This document shows, piece by piece, positions 27,941-37,532 of a stretch of DNA of 53,031 nt. The DNA is from Candidatus Iainarchaeum sp. Its GTDB lineage: Archaea > Iainarchaeota > Iainarchaeia > Iainarchaeales > GCA-2688035. Made by a program: the position numbers and the translations under genes. The notes under the pieces were generated by a model, which was not told the origin of the DNA, did not search any database, and worked only from the letters and a program-made list of their open reading frames with translations. Every line of letters begins with the position of its first letter. The stretch's first letter is position 1. The stretch lies in contig JAFCCO010000010.1 of the NCBI GenBank assembly GCA_017610175.1, positions 1 through 53,031 on the forward strand, given 5' to 3'.

Positions 27941-30661
27941 ATGCCAAACCGCGCCCCTGAAAATGAAACGCAAGCCAATGCAAAGAAAAAGGGAGGCATT
28001 GGCAGCATTTTTAGCAGGCTCAAATTCTGGGGCAAGAAAAAGGAAAAAAAGCCAGAAGTGGAACAGGTTCTTGAAGAAATAAGAATCGCAATGAAAATAG
28101 AGGATGTGGCTGAAAAGAAACCCCCTGTGGGCCATGCATTTAAAGTAAAGCCAGAGGACATTGCAATTGCAGTCGCAGGCAAAGAACCGGTGCCAAAGCC
28201 AACACCCAAACCTGTTGCAAAGCCAAAGCCGGTTGCTGCACCAAAACCGGTTGTAGTGCCAAAGCCTGTTGCTAAACCTGCTAAATTGGAGCACGCATTT
28301 AAGCCAGGTGAGGAAGTTGCTGTAGCGGGCGCAAGCCTGGATAAAAAGCAAATTGAGCGCCTTGCAAAACTTAAGGCTGAGGCTGCCGCAAAACTGGTGG
28401 CTGCAAAAAAGCCGGTTGTTAAGCCGGTTGCTGCACCAAAACCGGTTGCTGCACCAAAACTGGTTGAAAAACCAAAACCGGTTCCCAAACCTGTGAAGTT
28501 GGAGCATGCATTTAAGCCAGGTGAAGATGTTGCTGTTGCGGTGGGAGTTGTAAAGAAAAAACCAAAGCCCATTGCAAAGCTCAAGATTTCAAAGAAACCA
28601 GCTCCCAAGCCAAAACTTGTTTCAAAACTAAGACCAAAACCAACACCCAAACCAAAAGTTCGCATTCCAAAAAAGATTGCCGCAATGCCAAAGGCTGAAA
28701 AAATTGTAAAAATGCCAAAACCAGTTCCAAAGCTAAAACCAAGGCCAGAAGTTAAGCCAAAAATTCCAAAAAAGATTGCTGCAATGCCAAAGGCTAAAAA
28801 GGTTGTTGAAATGAAGAAGCCGGCTATAAAAGCACTGCTCCCAAAGAAGATTGCTGCAATGCCAAAGGCTGCACCAAAGCCACGCATAAAACCAAAACCA
28901 ATTGCAAAGCCCAAACCGGGCGCAAAGCCCGTGGTTAAACCCGCCGAGAAAGCGAAGCCTGCTGCGAAGGTTTCCAAGGAAAAAGCCAAGGCAAGAGTAC
29001 TTTCTCCCGAAATTAAGAGGGCTGCAAAAATTGTGAAGATTGCCGAAAGGACAGGCGGCTGGTTTGGCGACAAGATACAGCACAAGAAGGCAAGCCTTGA
29101 GGGCTGGCGCATAAGGAAAAAAGTCCATCTCTACAGGCTCAAGAAAAAGTCGAAGGAAGGAAAGATTAATTCTCTTGAAAAGAGAACACTTGCAAGGCTT
29201 GCGGCGGATGAAGCAGAGATTGTAAAGAAGATTAAGGGCCTGGATGCAGAAATAAAGGCAATACATCAGGTTGACAAAAAAATTAAGGAACAGGAACAAG
29301 TGCTTCGCCAGCATGTTGGGGACCCGCTTCCAAAAGAACTTTCCCCAATTGCAAGCGGGAGGATTAAGTTCAGAAATTCCCAGGATTTCAAGGACGCGGT
29401 TGAAGCGGTAAAGGCTGTTGCAGAGGAGTTTGCAGGGGCGGTTTCAAAAATGCCGGCGGCACCAATCACAATAACGGAAGGCACCGGAATAAGTATTGAC
29501 AGCCAGATAACAACAACTGAAAATCTCATCAAAAATCTTGAAAAGGCATTCTACAAACGAAAGGTAAGCTTTGACCAGTTTAGGGAAAAGCTCTTCTCCT
29601 ATCAATCAAGTCTCAGCGAGCTTAAAATGAAGAAGAGCGTAATTGCCAAAGAACGCGGAAAGCAACCAGCCCCAAGGGAAATCAAGGCAAAAATAGTGAG
29701 GGAAGTGGTGGAGAAGCCGGAAGGAATAAAGAAATGGGTTAAGGAAGCGATTAAGGAGGCTGCAAAGGAAACCGCGAAACAACAGTTTGCGCAGCAGCCA
29801 AAAACAGTTTATGTGCAGGCTCCGCCTCAGCAACTGCCGGCGGGGGCCCAAGTGATTCAGGCAGTTCGGCCACAGAGGCCGATTGCACAGCCTCTCCCGC
29901 AGGCGCCGATAAGGGAGCGTGTGATTGAAAGAATTATTGAAAGGCCTGTTGAAATAAAAAGAGTTCCGACGGTTGCACCGGTTGAGCCCACAACAATGAA
30001 GGCTCCAAAATCCATAACTCCTGTTTCCAAACCACCTGTAAAACCCGCGCCGGCACCTGCCGCGCGCGCAGCCGCCCCCAGGCCCCTGCAAAAAATAAGT
30101 CCGCGCGTTCAAACAGCGGTGAGCAAAAAAGCACGCGGAGTTTTATCACAGGGCCAGATAAACCAGATTGAGGAAAGTCTCGGTGCATTGCTTGAAAAAC
30201 ACCGCATCTCAGAACAGCAGCTCTCTGTGAAAATAGAGGCACTCAATCCGGCCGCCTTACTTGGGGATTTTCACAAGCTTATAGGAATGGCCGGCGGAGG
30301 CGGAAGCTATGGCGGAGGCGATTTATTAAAACCCCTTCCCAGGGAAACAGGTTCGCTGGCAGCAGGCGGAGTTACGGGCAAGGAGAAAAAGAAGTTTACC
30401 GCAAAAGAAAGGGAGATTGTAAAGCACAAAATAATTACAGATTTTGACAAGATTGTTAATTATGTGCAGGAAAAAGGAAAGGCCAACGAGGTTCAGGCAA
30501 TGAAGGACCTTAAAATAAGCAAAAAGCGCTTTGAGGAATGCTGCAAGATCCTTGAAGAAAACAGGATAATTAACGTAGAATATCCTGCAATAGGTGCGAT
30601 GAAAATTGCAGATGTAAACTATAAAGAACCTTCAAAAAAGAAGGGAAAAGGTAAAAAATAA
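27941..30661 (+). CDS. Lys/Pro/Ala-rich low-complexity protein with coiled coil and C-terminal winged-helix-like domain
   Basis: PKPVAAPK repeats; C-terminal TDFDKIVNYVQEKG...ILEENRIINVEYP. Confidence 0.82.
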   Translation: MPNRAPENETQANAKKKGGIGSIFSRLKFWGKKKEKKPEVEQVLEEIRIAMKIEDVAEKKPPVGHAFKVKPEDIAIAVAGKEPVPKPTPKPVAKPKPVAAPKPVVVPKPVAKPAKLEHAFKPGEEVAVAGASLDKKQIERLAKLKAEAAAKLVAAKKPVVKPVAAPKPVAAPKLVEKPKPVPKPVKLEHAFKPGEDVAVAVGVVKKKPKPIAKLKISKKPAPKPKLVSKLRPKPTPKPKVRIPKKIAAMPKAEKIVKMPKPVPKLKPRPEVKPKIPKKIAAMPKAKKVVEMKKPAIKALLPKKIAAMPKAAPKPRIKPKPIAKPKPGAKPVVKPAEKAKPAAKVSKEKAKARVLSPEIKRAAKIVKIAERTGGWFGDKIQHKKASLEGWRIRKKVHLYRLKKKSKEGKINSLEKRTLARLAADEAEIVKKIKGLDAEIKAIHQVDKKIKEQEQVLRQHVGDPLPKELSPIASGRIKFRNSQDFKDAVEAVKAVAEEFAGAVSKMPAAPITITEGTGISIDSQITTTENLIKNLEKAFYKRKVSFDQFREKLFSYQSSLSELKMKKSVIAKERGKQPAPREIKAKIVREVVEKPEGIKKWVKEAIKEAAKETAKQQFAQQPKTVYVQAPPQQLPAGAQVIQAVRPQRPIAQPLPQAPIRERVIERIIERPVEIKRVPTVAPVEPTTMKAPKSITPVSKPPVKPAPAPAARAAAPRPLQKISPRVQTAVSKKARGVLSQGQINQIEESLGALLEKHRISEQQLSVKIEALNPAALLGDFHKLIGMAGGGGSYGGGDLLKPLPRETGSLAAGGVTGKEKKKFTAKEREIVKHKIITDFDKIVNYVQEKGKANEVQAMKDLKISKKRFEECCKILEENRIINVEYPAIGAMKIADVNYKEPSKKKGKGKK
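28130..28875 (+). repeat. Intragenic repeats (HAFKxxxE x3, PKPVAAPK, PKKIAAMPKA x3)
   Basis: Repeated nucleotide blocks such as CCAAAAAAGATTGCyGCAATGCCAAAGGCT. Confidence 0.85.
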
Positions 30662-30682
30662 GGAAACACTTAAGTGATAACA

Positions 30683-32407
30683 ATGTTTGGACTAAAGAAG
30701 AAGAAACCAAAGCCGGCTGCTGAAGCAAAAGACGCGTCAAAAGCAGATTCTGTCCCCAAAGCAGATTCTGTCCCCGCCAATTCTGGGCAAGCCACTCCGA
30801 CACAGTCTGCTCCGAATCCAATGCCTAAAGCGCCACCGGTTGCCGCAAGGCCAGTGGCTCCAAATGTAACAGTTTCAAACGAGCTTGAGGTAGAGAAAGC
30901 AAATGTTGTTGAAACATATGAAATCGAGTCTAACGAAGTCACGATTGAAATAAACATTGTTGAAAAGCCGGGAGTTTTTGTAAGAATTTACCACATGAAC
31001 TTCCCGTCATACGGCCCCGGGACAACGGCACTGCTTGCGGATTTAAAGAACACAATTGTTGCCGAGAGCGCAATCCAAAGCGACAAACTTCTTGACCCAA
31101 AGTTTGTCAAAGAGATGACAATGCGGTTCAAGCAAAAGGCAGTAAATCTCCTGAAAAATGAGGCACCAAGCCTTAATGATGAAACACGCAATACACTTGC
31201 GGGAATGCTGCTGCACGACATGCTTGGGTTGGGCAAAATAGAGTTTATTCTTGCAGACGGGAATCTTGAGGAAATTGTCGTAAACGACAGCAAGAACCCG
31301 ATTTGGATTTACCACAAAAAATACGGCTGGCTGCGCACAAATGTCTGGATTAAAACAGAGGAAGAAATAGAAAACTACGCAAACATAATTGCAAGGCGGG
31401 TGGGAAAACAGATAACAACGCTAAACCCGCTTCTCGATGCACACCTGATTACAGGGGACAGGGCAAATGCAACCCTTTTCCCAATAAGCAGCAAGGGAAA
31501 CACAATAACAATCAGGCGATTCAGAAGAGAGCCCTGGACCGTTGTTGACCTGATTGAAAACAACACCGTAAGCAGCGAACTCATGGCGCTTATTTGGGAA
31601 ACAATGGAATATGAGCTGAATATTATATTCAGTGGAGGCACGGCATCCGGAAAAACAACAATGATGGGAATTTGCCTGCCGTTCATTCCGCCAAACCAGC
31701 GTGTAATAAGCATTGAGGACACGCGTGAGCTGCAGGCTCCGGCATATCTGCACTGGGTTCCGATGACAACCCGTGAGCCAAACCCTGAGGGAAAGGGAGG
31801 GGTTTCAATGCTTGATTTGCTTGTAAACAGCCTGAGAATGAGGCCTGACAGGATACTTGTCGGGGAAATAAGGCGAAGCCGTGAAGCAGAGGTAATGTTT
31901 GAAGCAATGCACACAGGCCACAGTGTTTACACAACAGTGCACGCCAACACCGCGGAGGAAACCGTAAGGCGCCTTACAAATCCACCAATCGCAATTCCGC
32001 CCGGTTTGCTTGACGCCGTTCATCTTAATGTTGTAATGTTCAGGAACAGGCGCTTGGGGGTAAGAAGGGCGCTGCAGGCAGCCGAATACATTGTGGAAAG
32101 AAGGGCAAGCGGCGGGGAAAGCATTAAGACAAACGTGCTATACCGCTGGAGAGGCTCGGACGACAGCATTGTGCAGCACAATCCAAGCATAAAGTTCTTT
32201 GATGAATTAAGTCTGCACACAGGATTAAGCAAAAACGAGCTGCAGCAAGAGCTCAAAAACAAGAAGATGATTCTTGACTGGATGGTAAAATATAAGTTTA
32301 CCAAGGTTGAAAATGTGGGAAAAGTAATAGCAAGGTACTATATGGACTCGGATTTAGTGACAAGGGCCGCAGAAGCAGGCAAACATCCGGGGGAATCTTT
32401 TGGCTAA
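30683..32407 (+). CDS. Type IV pilus/T2SS assembly ATPase (TadA/VirB11/FlaI family)
   Basis: GGTASGKTT, SIEDTREL, LRMRPDRILVGEIR, AMHTGH..TTVHA. Confidence 0.95.
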   Translation: MFGLKKKKPKPAAEAKDASKADSVPKADSVPANSGQATPTQSAPNPMPKAPPVAARPVAPNVTVSNELEVEKANVVETYEIESNEVTIEINIVEKPGVFVRIYHMNFPSYGPGTTALLADLKNTIVAESAIQSDKLLDPKFVKEMTMRFKQKAVNLLKNEAPSLNDETRNTLAGMLLHDMLGLGKIEFILADGNLEEIVVNDSKNPIWIYHKKYGWLRTNVWIKTEEEIENYANIIARRVGKQITTLNPLLDAHLITGDRANATLFPISSKGNTITIRRFRREPWTVVDLIENNTVSSELMALIWETMEYELNIIFSGGTASGKTTMMGICLPFIPPNQRVISIEDTRELQAPAYLHWVPMTTREPNPEGKGGVSMLDLLVNSLRMRPDRILVGEIRRSREAEVMFEAMHTGHSVYTTVHANTAEETVRRLTNPPIAIPPGLLDAVHLNVVMFRNRRLGVRRALQAAEYIVERRASGGESIKTNVLYRWRGSDDSIVQHNPSIKFFDELSLHTGLSKNELQQELKNKKMILDWMVKYKFTKVENVGKVIARYYMDSDLVTRAAEAGKHPGESFG

Positions 32408-33317
32408 AACAATCCCGTTCAGCATTCTGCCTCCTTTGGTGATGTTAAGGCTTTCCACTCCGTTCAGGGGAATAGGTTACAAAATAAGCAAGGCATTTCC
32501 ATACATGAAGCTTGAGCTAAGGCAGGCTGAAATGGACTTTGAGGCAGAGGAATATGCCGCAATAATGTCGCTGAGCTTTGTAATGTACTTAATTCTGCTG
32601 ACTGGCTTTTCTTGGGTGATGCTTTCAAGGTTCAGGCCGCAAAAATTCATAGTGGGCGGCTTTAAGGTTCCTGAAGCAATACCGATTGCAATTACTATTG
32701 GATTAATTGGCGCATTCTTAATTTTTATCCAAATGTCAATGTACCCAAATCTCCAGATAAAGAAAAAAATCAGAGGCATTGAATCAAACCTTGTGTTTGC
32801 TTTAAGGACAATGCTTGTTCAGATAAAAAGCGGAATAAGCCTGTTTGCGGCACTTGACATGATTGCAAAGGGGGGTTTTGGGCAGCTGAGCAAGGAATTC
32901 GGCAAGGCAGTGGATATGATAAACACAGGGTCATCCCAAACAGTTGCCCTGCAAAACATTGCAACAAACAACCCAAGCCCGTACGTAAGAAAAGTTATTT
33001 GGCAGGTTGTTAACGGAATGAAGGCAGGCGGAGACATTTCAGACATTTTGAGCGAAAGTGTTTCATCCATGACCAGGGAACAGGAAATTGAAATCCAAAG
33101 ATACGGAAACAGCCTAAGGGTTCTCTCCCTAATGTACCTTATGGTCGGCATAATAATGCCTGCATTGGGCATCACATTTCTCATCGTTTTGGGCTCTTTC
33201 CCAAAAATTGTGATAACCCAAATAATGTTTTGGGGCCTGCTGGGTCTTGTGGTGGTAATGGAATTCATGCTGGTAGGCATGATTAAGTCAAAAAGGCCAA
33301 ATCTGATAAGTGCGTAA
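32400..33317 (+). CDS. T2SS F/TadC-like membrane platform protein
   Basis: ALRTMLVQIKSGISL..AL, GQLSKEF; TM pattern; overlaps the ATPase stop. Confidence 0.9.
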   Translation: MAKTIPFSILPPLVMLRLSTPFRGIGYKISKAFPYMKLELRQAEMDFEAEEYAAIMSLSFVMYLILLTGFSWVMLSRFRPQKFIVGGFKVPEAIPIAITIGLIGAFLIFIQMSMYPNLQIKKKIRGIESNLVFALRTMLVQIKSGISLFAALDMIAKGGFGQLSKEFGKAVDMINTGSSQTVALQNIATNNPSPYVRKVIWQVVNGMKAGGDISDILSESVSSMTREQEIEIQRYGNSLRVLSLMYLMVGIIMPALGITFLIVLGSFPKIVITQIMFWGLLGLVVVMEFMLVGMIKSKRPNLISA

Positions 33318-33319
33318 CC

Positions 33320-34345
33320 ATGGTTTACAAAAGAATTGCAGCACTCTTTCCCAAAGGGCTTACCAAATGGGTTGCCCGTCAATTTGAGTACGTTGGAATA
33401 GACCTTAATGCGCAGCGCTTTGTGGGATTTATCCTGATGTTTGGCTTTGGGCTAAGTATTGCGGTAGCACTAAATATATACATAATTTTCAAGATGCCTT
33501 TGGATGCAACAATCGGAAGCTTTGCAATCTCCTTTGTCGTGTTTGCGGGCGGAACCTTTTTCTGGCTCAACAGCACGGCTTCAAGCAAGGGAAAGTTTGT
33601 TGAAAAAATAATGCCTGACGCGCTTCAATTAATCTCGTCAAACATGAAAGCAGGCCTAACCACCGAGCGAGCCCTCTTTGTAAGCGCAAGGCCTGAATTC
33701 GGGCCGCTTTCACTGGAGCTCAAAGCAACAAGCAAACGCATTCTAAGCGGTGAACGGCTTTCAGTTGCATTAATGGGAATAACGCGCAAAATCAAAAGCA
33801 ATATTTTGGACAGAACAATCTGGCTTCTTACTCAGGGAATCAAAAGCGGGGGCCAGATTTCCGGACTATTAGTTGAATTAAGCGACGACCTTAGGGAAGA
33901 GAACGCGCTCAAGGAAGAGGTCAAAGCAAATGTAAGCATGTATGTAATGCTTATCTTCTTCTCCGCCGCGATAGGTGCCCCCATGCTTTTTGGGGTAAGC
34001 AGCTACATTGTAGGGGTTCTCTCAGGCCAGGGTCCGGAGGACATGGGCGGTGCGGCAGCAGGCGGAGGAATGTCAATGGGGTCAGGGGGATTAATCGGCG
34101 GATTTATAGAGGGGGATTCGGCGAAAAGCGAAATTTCCGAGGACTTTGTTGTGTTCTTTGCTGAAATAGCCCTTCTTGTGACCTCACTTTTTGCAGGCCT
34201 TGTGCTTGGAGCAATTAATACTGGCAAGGAACTTGACGGCGTGCGCTACATGCCGCTAATTGGGATAGTGGGCTTTGCGGTCTTCTTCATCACGCGGGGA
34301 ATGATGGACTCACTAATGGGAAGCTTTGTTACCACAATGATTTAA
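33320..34345 (+). CDS. T2SS F/TadC-like membrane platform protein
   Basis: MPDALQLISSNMKAGLT, RPEFGPLS.E, SGGQIS.LL. Confidence 0.9.
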   Translation: MVYKRIAALFPKGLTKWVARQFEYVGIDLNAQRFVGFILMFGFGLSIAVALNIYIIFKMPLDATIGSFAISFVVFAGGTFFWLNSTASSKGKFVEKIMPDALQLISSNMKAGLTTERALFVSARPEFGPLSLELKATSKRILSGERLSVALMGITRKIKSNILDRTIWLLTQGIKSGGQISGLLVELSDDLREENALKEEVKANVSMYVMLIFFSAAIGAPMLFGVSSYIVGVLSGQGPEDMGGAAAGGGMSMGSGGLIGGFIEGDSAKSEISEDFVVFFAEIALLVTSLFAGLVLGAINTGKELDGVRYMPLIGIVGFAVFFITRGMMDSLMGSFVTTMI

Positions 34346-34486
34346 GCGGCAGGCAAAAAGCGTGCTTAAGCATTGCCAGGATTTTATAACAAACTAATTC
34401 AAAATTATACAACAAACTGACTTCGCAGCCTTGCGGCTGAACCCTGCTAAAAAAATAAAGAAAAAGAAGGAAAAAAGACCCTATCC

Positions 34487-34903
34487 TTAGACAGAGCCTG
34501 TGCATGTAATGTTAGCGTCTTTGATTAATCCACCGACACTAGTATATGTGAAGCCGTAAGTTCCATTAAAGCTTCCTTCCAATGTGCCTGGAAGAGTTAT
34601 TGTGTTTTCAGACCCAGAAGTCATTTTTCCTGATCCTGTAGGACTTCCTGAAAAAATGCCTCCAAGAACTTCTACGTCAGGCGTAATGGTTGTTCCTGTT
34701 GCGTTTTGTATTACTATCTGAACACCAGTTTCGCTGGCAACTTGATCCTTTACAATGATCTCTGTTGTATCGCTAGTGCACTTGGTTGCGCCTGTTGAAG
34801 ATCCCATAATGTACACCAAAACACCTACAACGATGGCTATGACAATTAGTGCCCAACCGTATGTCATGAGGTATTCCAATGCTGATTGTCCTCGCTTATC
34901 CAT
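34487..34903 (-). CDS. Probable major type IV pilin
   Basis: MDKRGQSALEYLMTYGWALIVIAIVVGVL; strong AGGAGG SD; T-rich terminator downstream. Confidence 0.9.
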   Translation of the reverse strand: MDKRGQSALEYLMTYGWALIVIAIVVGVLVYIMGSSTGATKCTSDTTEIIVKDQVASETGVQIVIQNATGTTITPDVEVLGGIFSGSPTGSGKMTSGSENTITLPGTLEGSFNGTYGFTYTSVGGLIKDANITCTGSV

Positions 34904-35053
34904 TTTGGTTTTCCCTCCTTTTAAATTTTTAAATCACCCAATATGTCCAACAAACTTAATTCTGTGTGTTGGGGATTTTATTTCTAACATATAAACCAGT
35001 TTGTTCTTTAAAAAGCTTTCTGTGGACGGGCTGCAAACGCAGGCAAAAGCAGG

Positions 35054-35536
35054 TTATTTGCCGAATTTTCCCTTCAGCGCAGCAGAAACGTTTTCCGGAA
35101 CAAAGCAGTCTACGTTTCCCTGCAGTGAAGCAAGTTCCTTTACAACCGTGCTGTTGAGGTAAAAGTACTTTGCTGATGTCATCACAAAAACGGTTTCAAT
35201 TTCAGGGTGAAGCTTTCTGTTAACGGTTGCCTGCTGGAACTCGCCGGCAAAATCACTCAACTCCCTCAGGCCCCGAAGCAGAACAGTGCAGTTTTTTCCC
35301 TTTGCATAGTCAACAAGCAATCCGTCAAACGAATCAACCTCGACATTAAGCCCCTTAACCGCGCCCTCCACAAGCTTAACCCTTTCATCGATTGGGAAAA
35401 GGGGCTTTTTCTTTGGGTTTGTTGTAACCGCAATAATTACCTTGTCAAACAACTTTGTTGCGCGCTTAATCACGTCCACGTGCCCAAGCGTAATCGGGTC
35501 AAATGTTCCGGGATAAATTACAGTTCTTTCAGCCAT
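35054..35536 (-). CDS. coaD: Phosphopantetheine adenylyltransferase, bacterial type
   Basis: YPGTFDPITLGH, RGLR..DF..E, NSTVVKE. Confidence 0.95.
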   Translation of the reverse strand: MAERTVIYPGTFDPITLGHVDVIKRATKLFDKVIIAVTTNPKKKPLFPIDERVKLVEGAVKGLNVEVDSFDGLLVDYAKGKNCTVLLRGLRELSDFAGEFQQATVNRKLHPEIETVFVMTSAKYFYLNSTVVKELASLQGNVDCFVPENVSAALKGKFGK

Positions 35537-36096
35537 TTTAGTTCACCTAAAATCTTTTCTGCCTGCCTGAACAATTCATCCAAGCCCTGGCTATTATCTA
35601 ATGTGAAATCCGCTTTTTTAACCTTTTCATTGGACGGCAATTGCGATTTGATGCGCTTTAGCGCCTGCTCTTCCCCCAAGCTCTGCTTGCCCACCAGCCT
35701 TTCAGTCTGTTGCTCTTCACTGCAGTGAACGGCAATCACCTTGTCAAACATTTTCTCCAACCCGGTTTCAAATAAAAGTGGAACCTCAACCACAACAAGT
35801 TTTGCGCCCTGGTTTTCAAGCTCTGCAAAGCGCAATTCAATTTCCTTAACAACAAGCGGGTGCAAAATTTTTTCAAGTGACTTTCTTTTTTCAGAATCCC
35901 CAAACACGATTTCTGCAATTTTTTTCCTTTCAATTGATCCAAATTCCTGCCTGATTTTTTCCTGCACTTTCCTTTGCCTGTAAAGTTCTGCAACTATTTT
36001 GTCCGAGTCGATTGTTGCAACCCCCCTGCTTTTGAAAAAATCCAAAACAGTGGATTTTCCGCTTGCAATCGAACCGGTCAGTGCGGCTTTAAGCAT
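35518..36096 (-). CDS. coaE: Dephospho-CoA kinase, bacterial type
   Basis: LTGSIASGKST, ILHPLV, EVPLLFE, RIKSQ; ATG at 36096. Confidence 0.93.
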   Translation of the reverse strand: MLKAALTGSIASGKSTVLDFFKSRGVATIDSDKIVAELYRQRKVQEKIRQEFGSIERKKIAEIVFGDSEKRKSLEKILHPLVVKEIELRFAELENQGAKLVVVEVPLLFETGLEKMFDKVIAVHCSEEQQTERLVGKQSLGEEQALKRIKSQLPSNEKVKKADFTLDNSQGLDELFRQAEKILGELKWLKEL

Positions 36097-36214
36097 GTTA
36101 ACAACTTGTGTTCGAACAATTTTAAACACGCGCGCCCGCGCACGGGTCGAACATAGGTTTTTAATATCCTGTTGGCTATCAATTATCAGGGGCAAGGTTG
36201 AGAGGCGATTTTTT

Positions 36215-37381
36215 ACGGCTGATAAAGTGATTGAATTTGTAAGTACCTATCCCCCTCGCGCATGCGGAATTGCTACTTTTTGTCAGGACCTAATGACCTG
36301 GACCCAAAAGGCGGCCGGCACATCATTCAAATGCAAGGTTGCTGCGCTGAGCAACAATGGCTCATATGATTATCCCAAAGAAGTGAATATGGAGATCCAG
36401 CAGGACGAGCTTGAGGAATATCTCTGGGCTGCGGATGAAATCAACGCAAACGACAAAATCAAGGCTGTTTGCGTACAGCACGAGTTTGGGATTTTTGGGG
36501 GCGAGATGGGCCAGTACATAATCCCGTTCCTTGAGGAACTCAAGAAGCCTGTTGTAACAACATTCCACTCTGTTTTGCCCGGCGATCCATTGCCTTCGCG
36601 TGACCGCCTTTACATGGTTAAAAAGATTTGTGAGAACAGCGACAAGGTTGTTGTCATAAGCGGGTTTGGCCAGGACATTTTGCACGACAAGTACAGGATT
36701 CCAAGGCACAGGGTTATTCCGATTCCGCACGGCGTCCCGGAAATTCCATTTGGCACAACTGAAAAGGCAAAGAAAAGGATTGGCTTCGAGGGCAGAACAG
36801 TAATAAGCACCTTTGGCCTGATGAGCAAGCGCAAGGGACTCCAGTATGTTATTCGCGCGCTTCCAAAGGTTGTAAAGGAGCACCCGGAAGTTTTGTATCT
36901 TATAATCGGAAAGACCCACCCTGTTGTGAAGAAGAAAGAGGGCGAGGTTTACAGGAAAAGCCTGATTAAAGAGGTTAGGGACCTTGGCCTAAAGAACAAT
37001 GTGATGTTCTTTGATGAATTCCTGCCGCTCAAAAAACTCTGTGCGCTGCTTGAAGCGACCGACATTTACATAACCCCCTATTATGACCCGCAGCAAATCA
37101 GCAGCGGAACCCTGGCTTATGCAATCGGGGCGGGAAAGGCATGCATTTCAACACCATACTTATATGCCGAGGACGCATTGCGTGACAACCGCGGGCTTTT
37201 CTCAAGGTTCAAAAGCCATAAGGACATGTCTGACAACATAAACACCATTTTGGACAACAAGGAATTAAGGCAAAGCCTCGAATTTAATGCATACAGCTAT
37301 AGCAGGGCGTGGAAATGGGCAAGCATTGGTGGTACCTATCTTGAGCTTTTCAAGAGCCTTATAAGAAACAAGAAAAACTAA
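36215..37381 (+). CDS. GT4 family glycosyltransferase
   Basis: STYPPRACGIATF, QHEFGIFGG, QISSGTLAYA; start uncertain (ACG 36215 or GTG 36227). Confidence 0.9.
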   Translation, partial: TADKVIEFVSTYPPRACGIATFCQDLMTWTQKAAGTSFKCKVAALSNNGSYDYPKEVNMEIQQDELEEYLWAADEINANDKIKAVCVQHEFGIFGGEMGQYIIPFLEELKKPVVTTFHSVLPGDPLPSRDRLYMVKKICENSDKVVVISGFGQDILHDKYRIPRHRVIPIPHGVPEIPFGTTEKAKKRIGFEGRTVISTFGLMSKRKGLQYVIRALPKVVKEHPEVLYLIIGKTHPVVKKKEGEVYRKSLIKEVRDLGLKNNVMFFDEFLPLKKLCALLEATDIYITPYYDPQQISSGTLAYAIGAGKACISTPYLYAEDALRDNRGLFSRFKSHKDMSDNINTILDNKELRQSLEFNAYSYSRAWKWASIGGTYLELFKSLIRNKKN

Positions 37382-37451
37382 TTTTTTTAGCAAAAAGGGT
37401 TTGATTTTTGAAAAGCCAATTATTTTATTAACCAAAGGCCCCAAGTTAACC

Positions 37452-37532
37452 GGTGTGGTTGGGGGCTTGAGTTGTTGCCGCAAGGCATTCCAAGAGAGTT
37501 CTTCGGACTCTAACTTGAGTTACGATCACACC
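37452..37532 (+). ncRNA. Candidate structured ncRNA of unknown family
   Basis: Two nested 10-bp stems rich in G-U pairs enclose a GCAA-tetraloop hairpin and a cUUCGg hairpin; TATA-like element 37423-37431; T8 tract at 37543-37550. Confidence 0.65.

Noticed and set aside
27905-29112. Long antisense ORFs (391 aa and 200 aa)
   Set aside because: Shadows of the low-complexity Lys/Pro gene on the + strand.
16799-34903. Archaellum (motility) operon
   Set aside because: No recognisable archaellin or FlaF/FlaG genes; two TadC genes and adhesin-type pilins fit a pilus better.
37452-37532. tRNA or TnpB omega-RNA
   Set aside because: No cloverleaf, anticodon arm or T-arm consensus; omega-RNAs derive from the right end, whereas this lies outside the left end.
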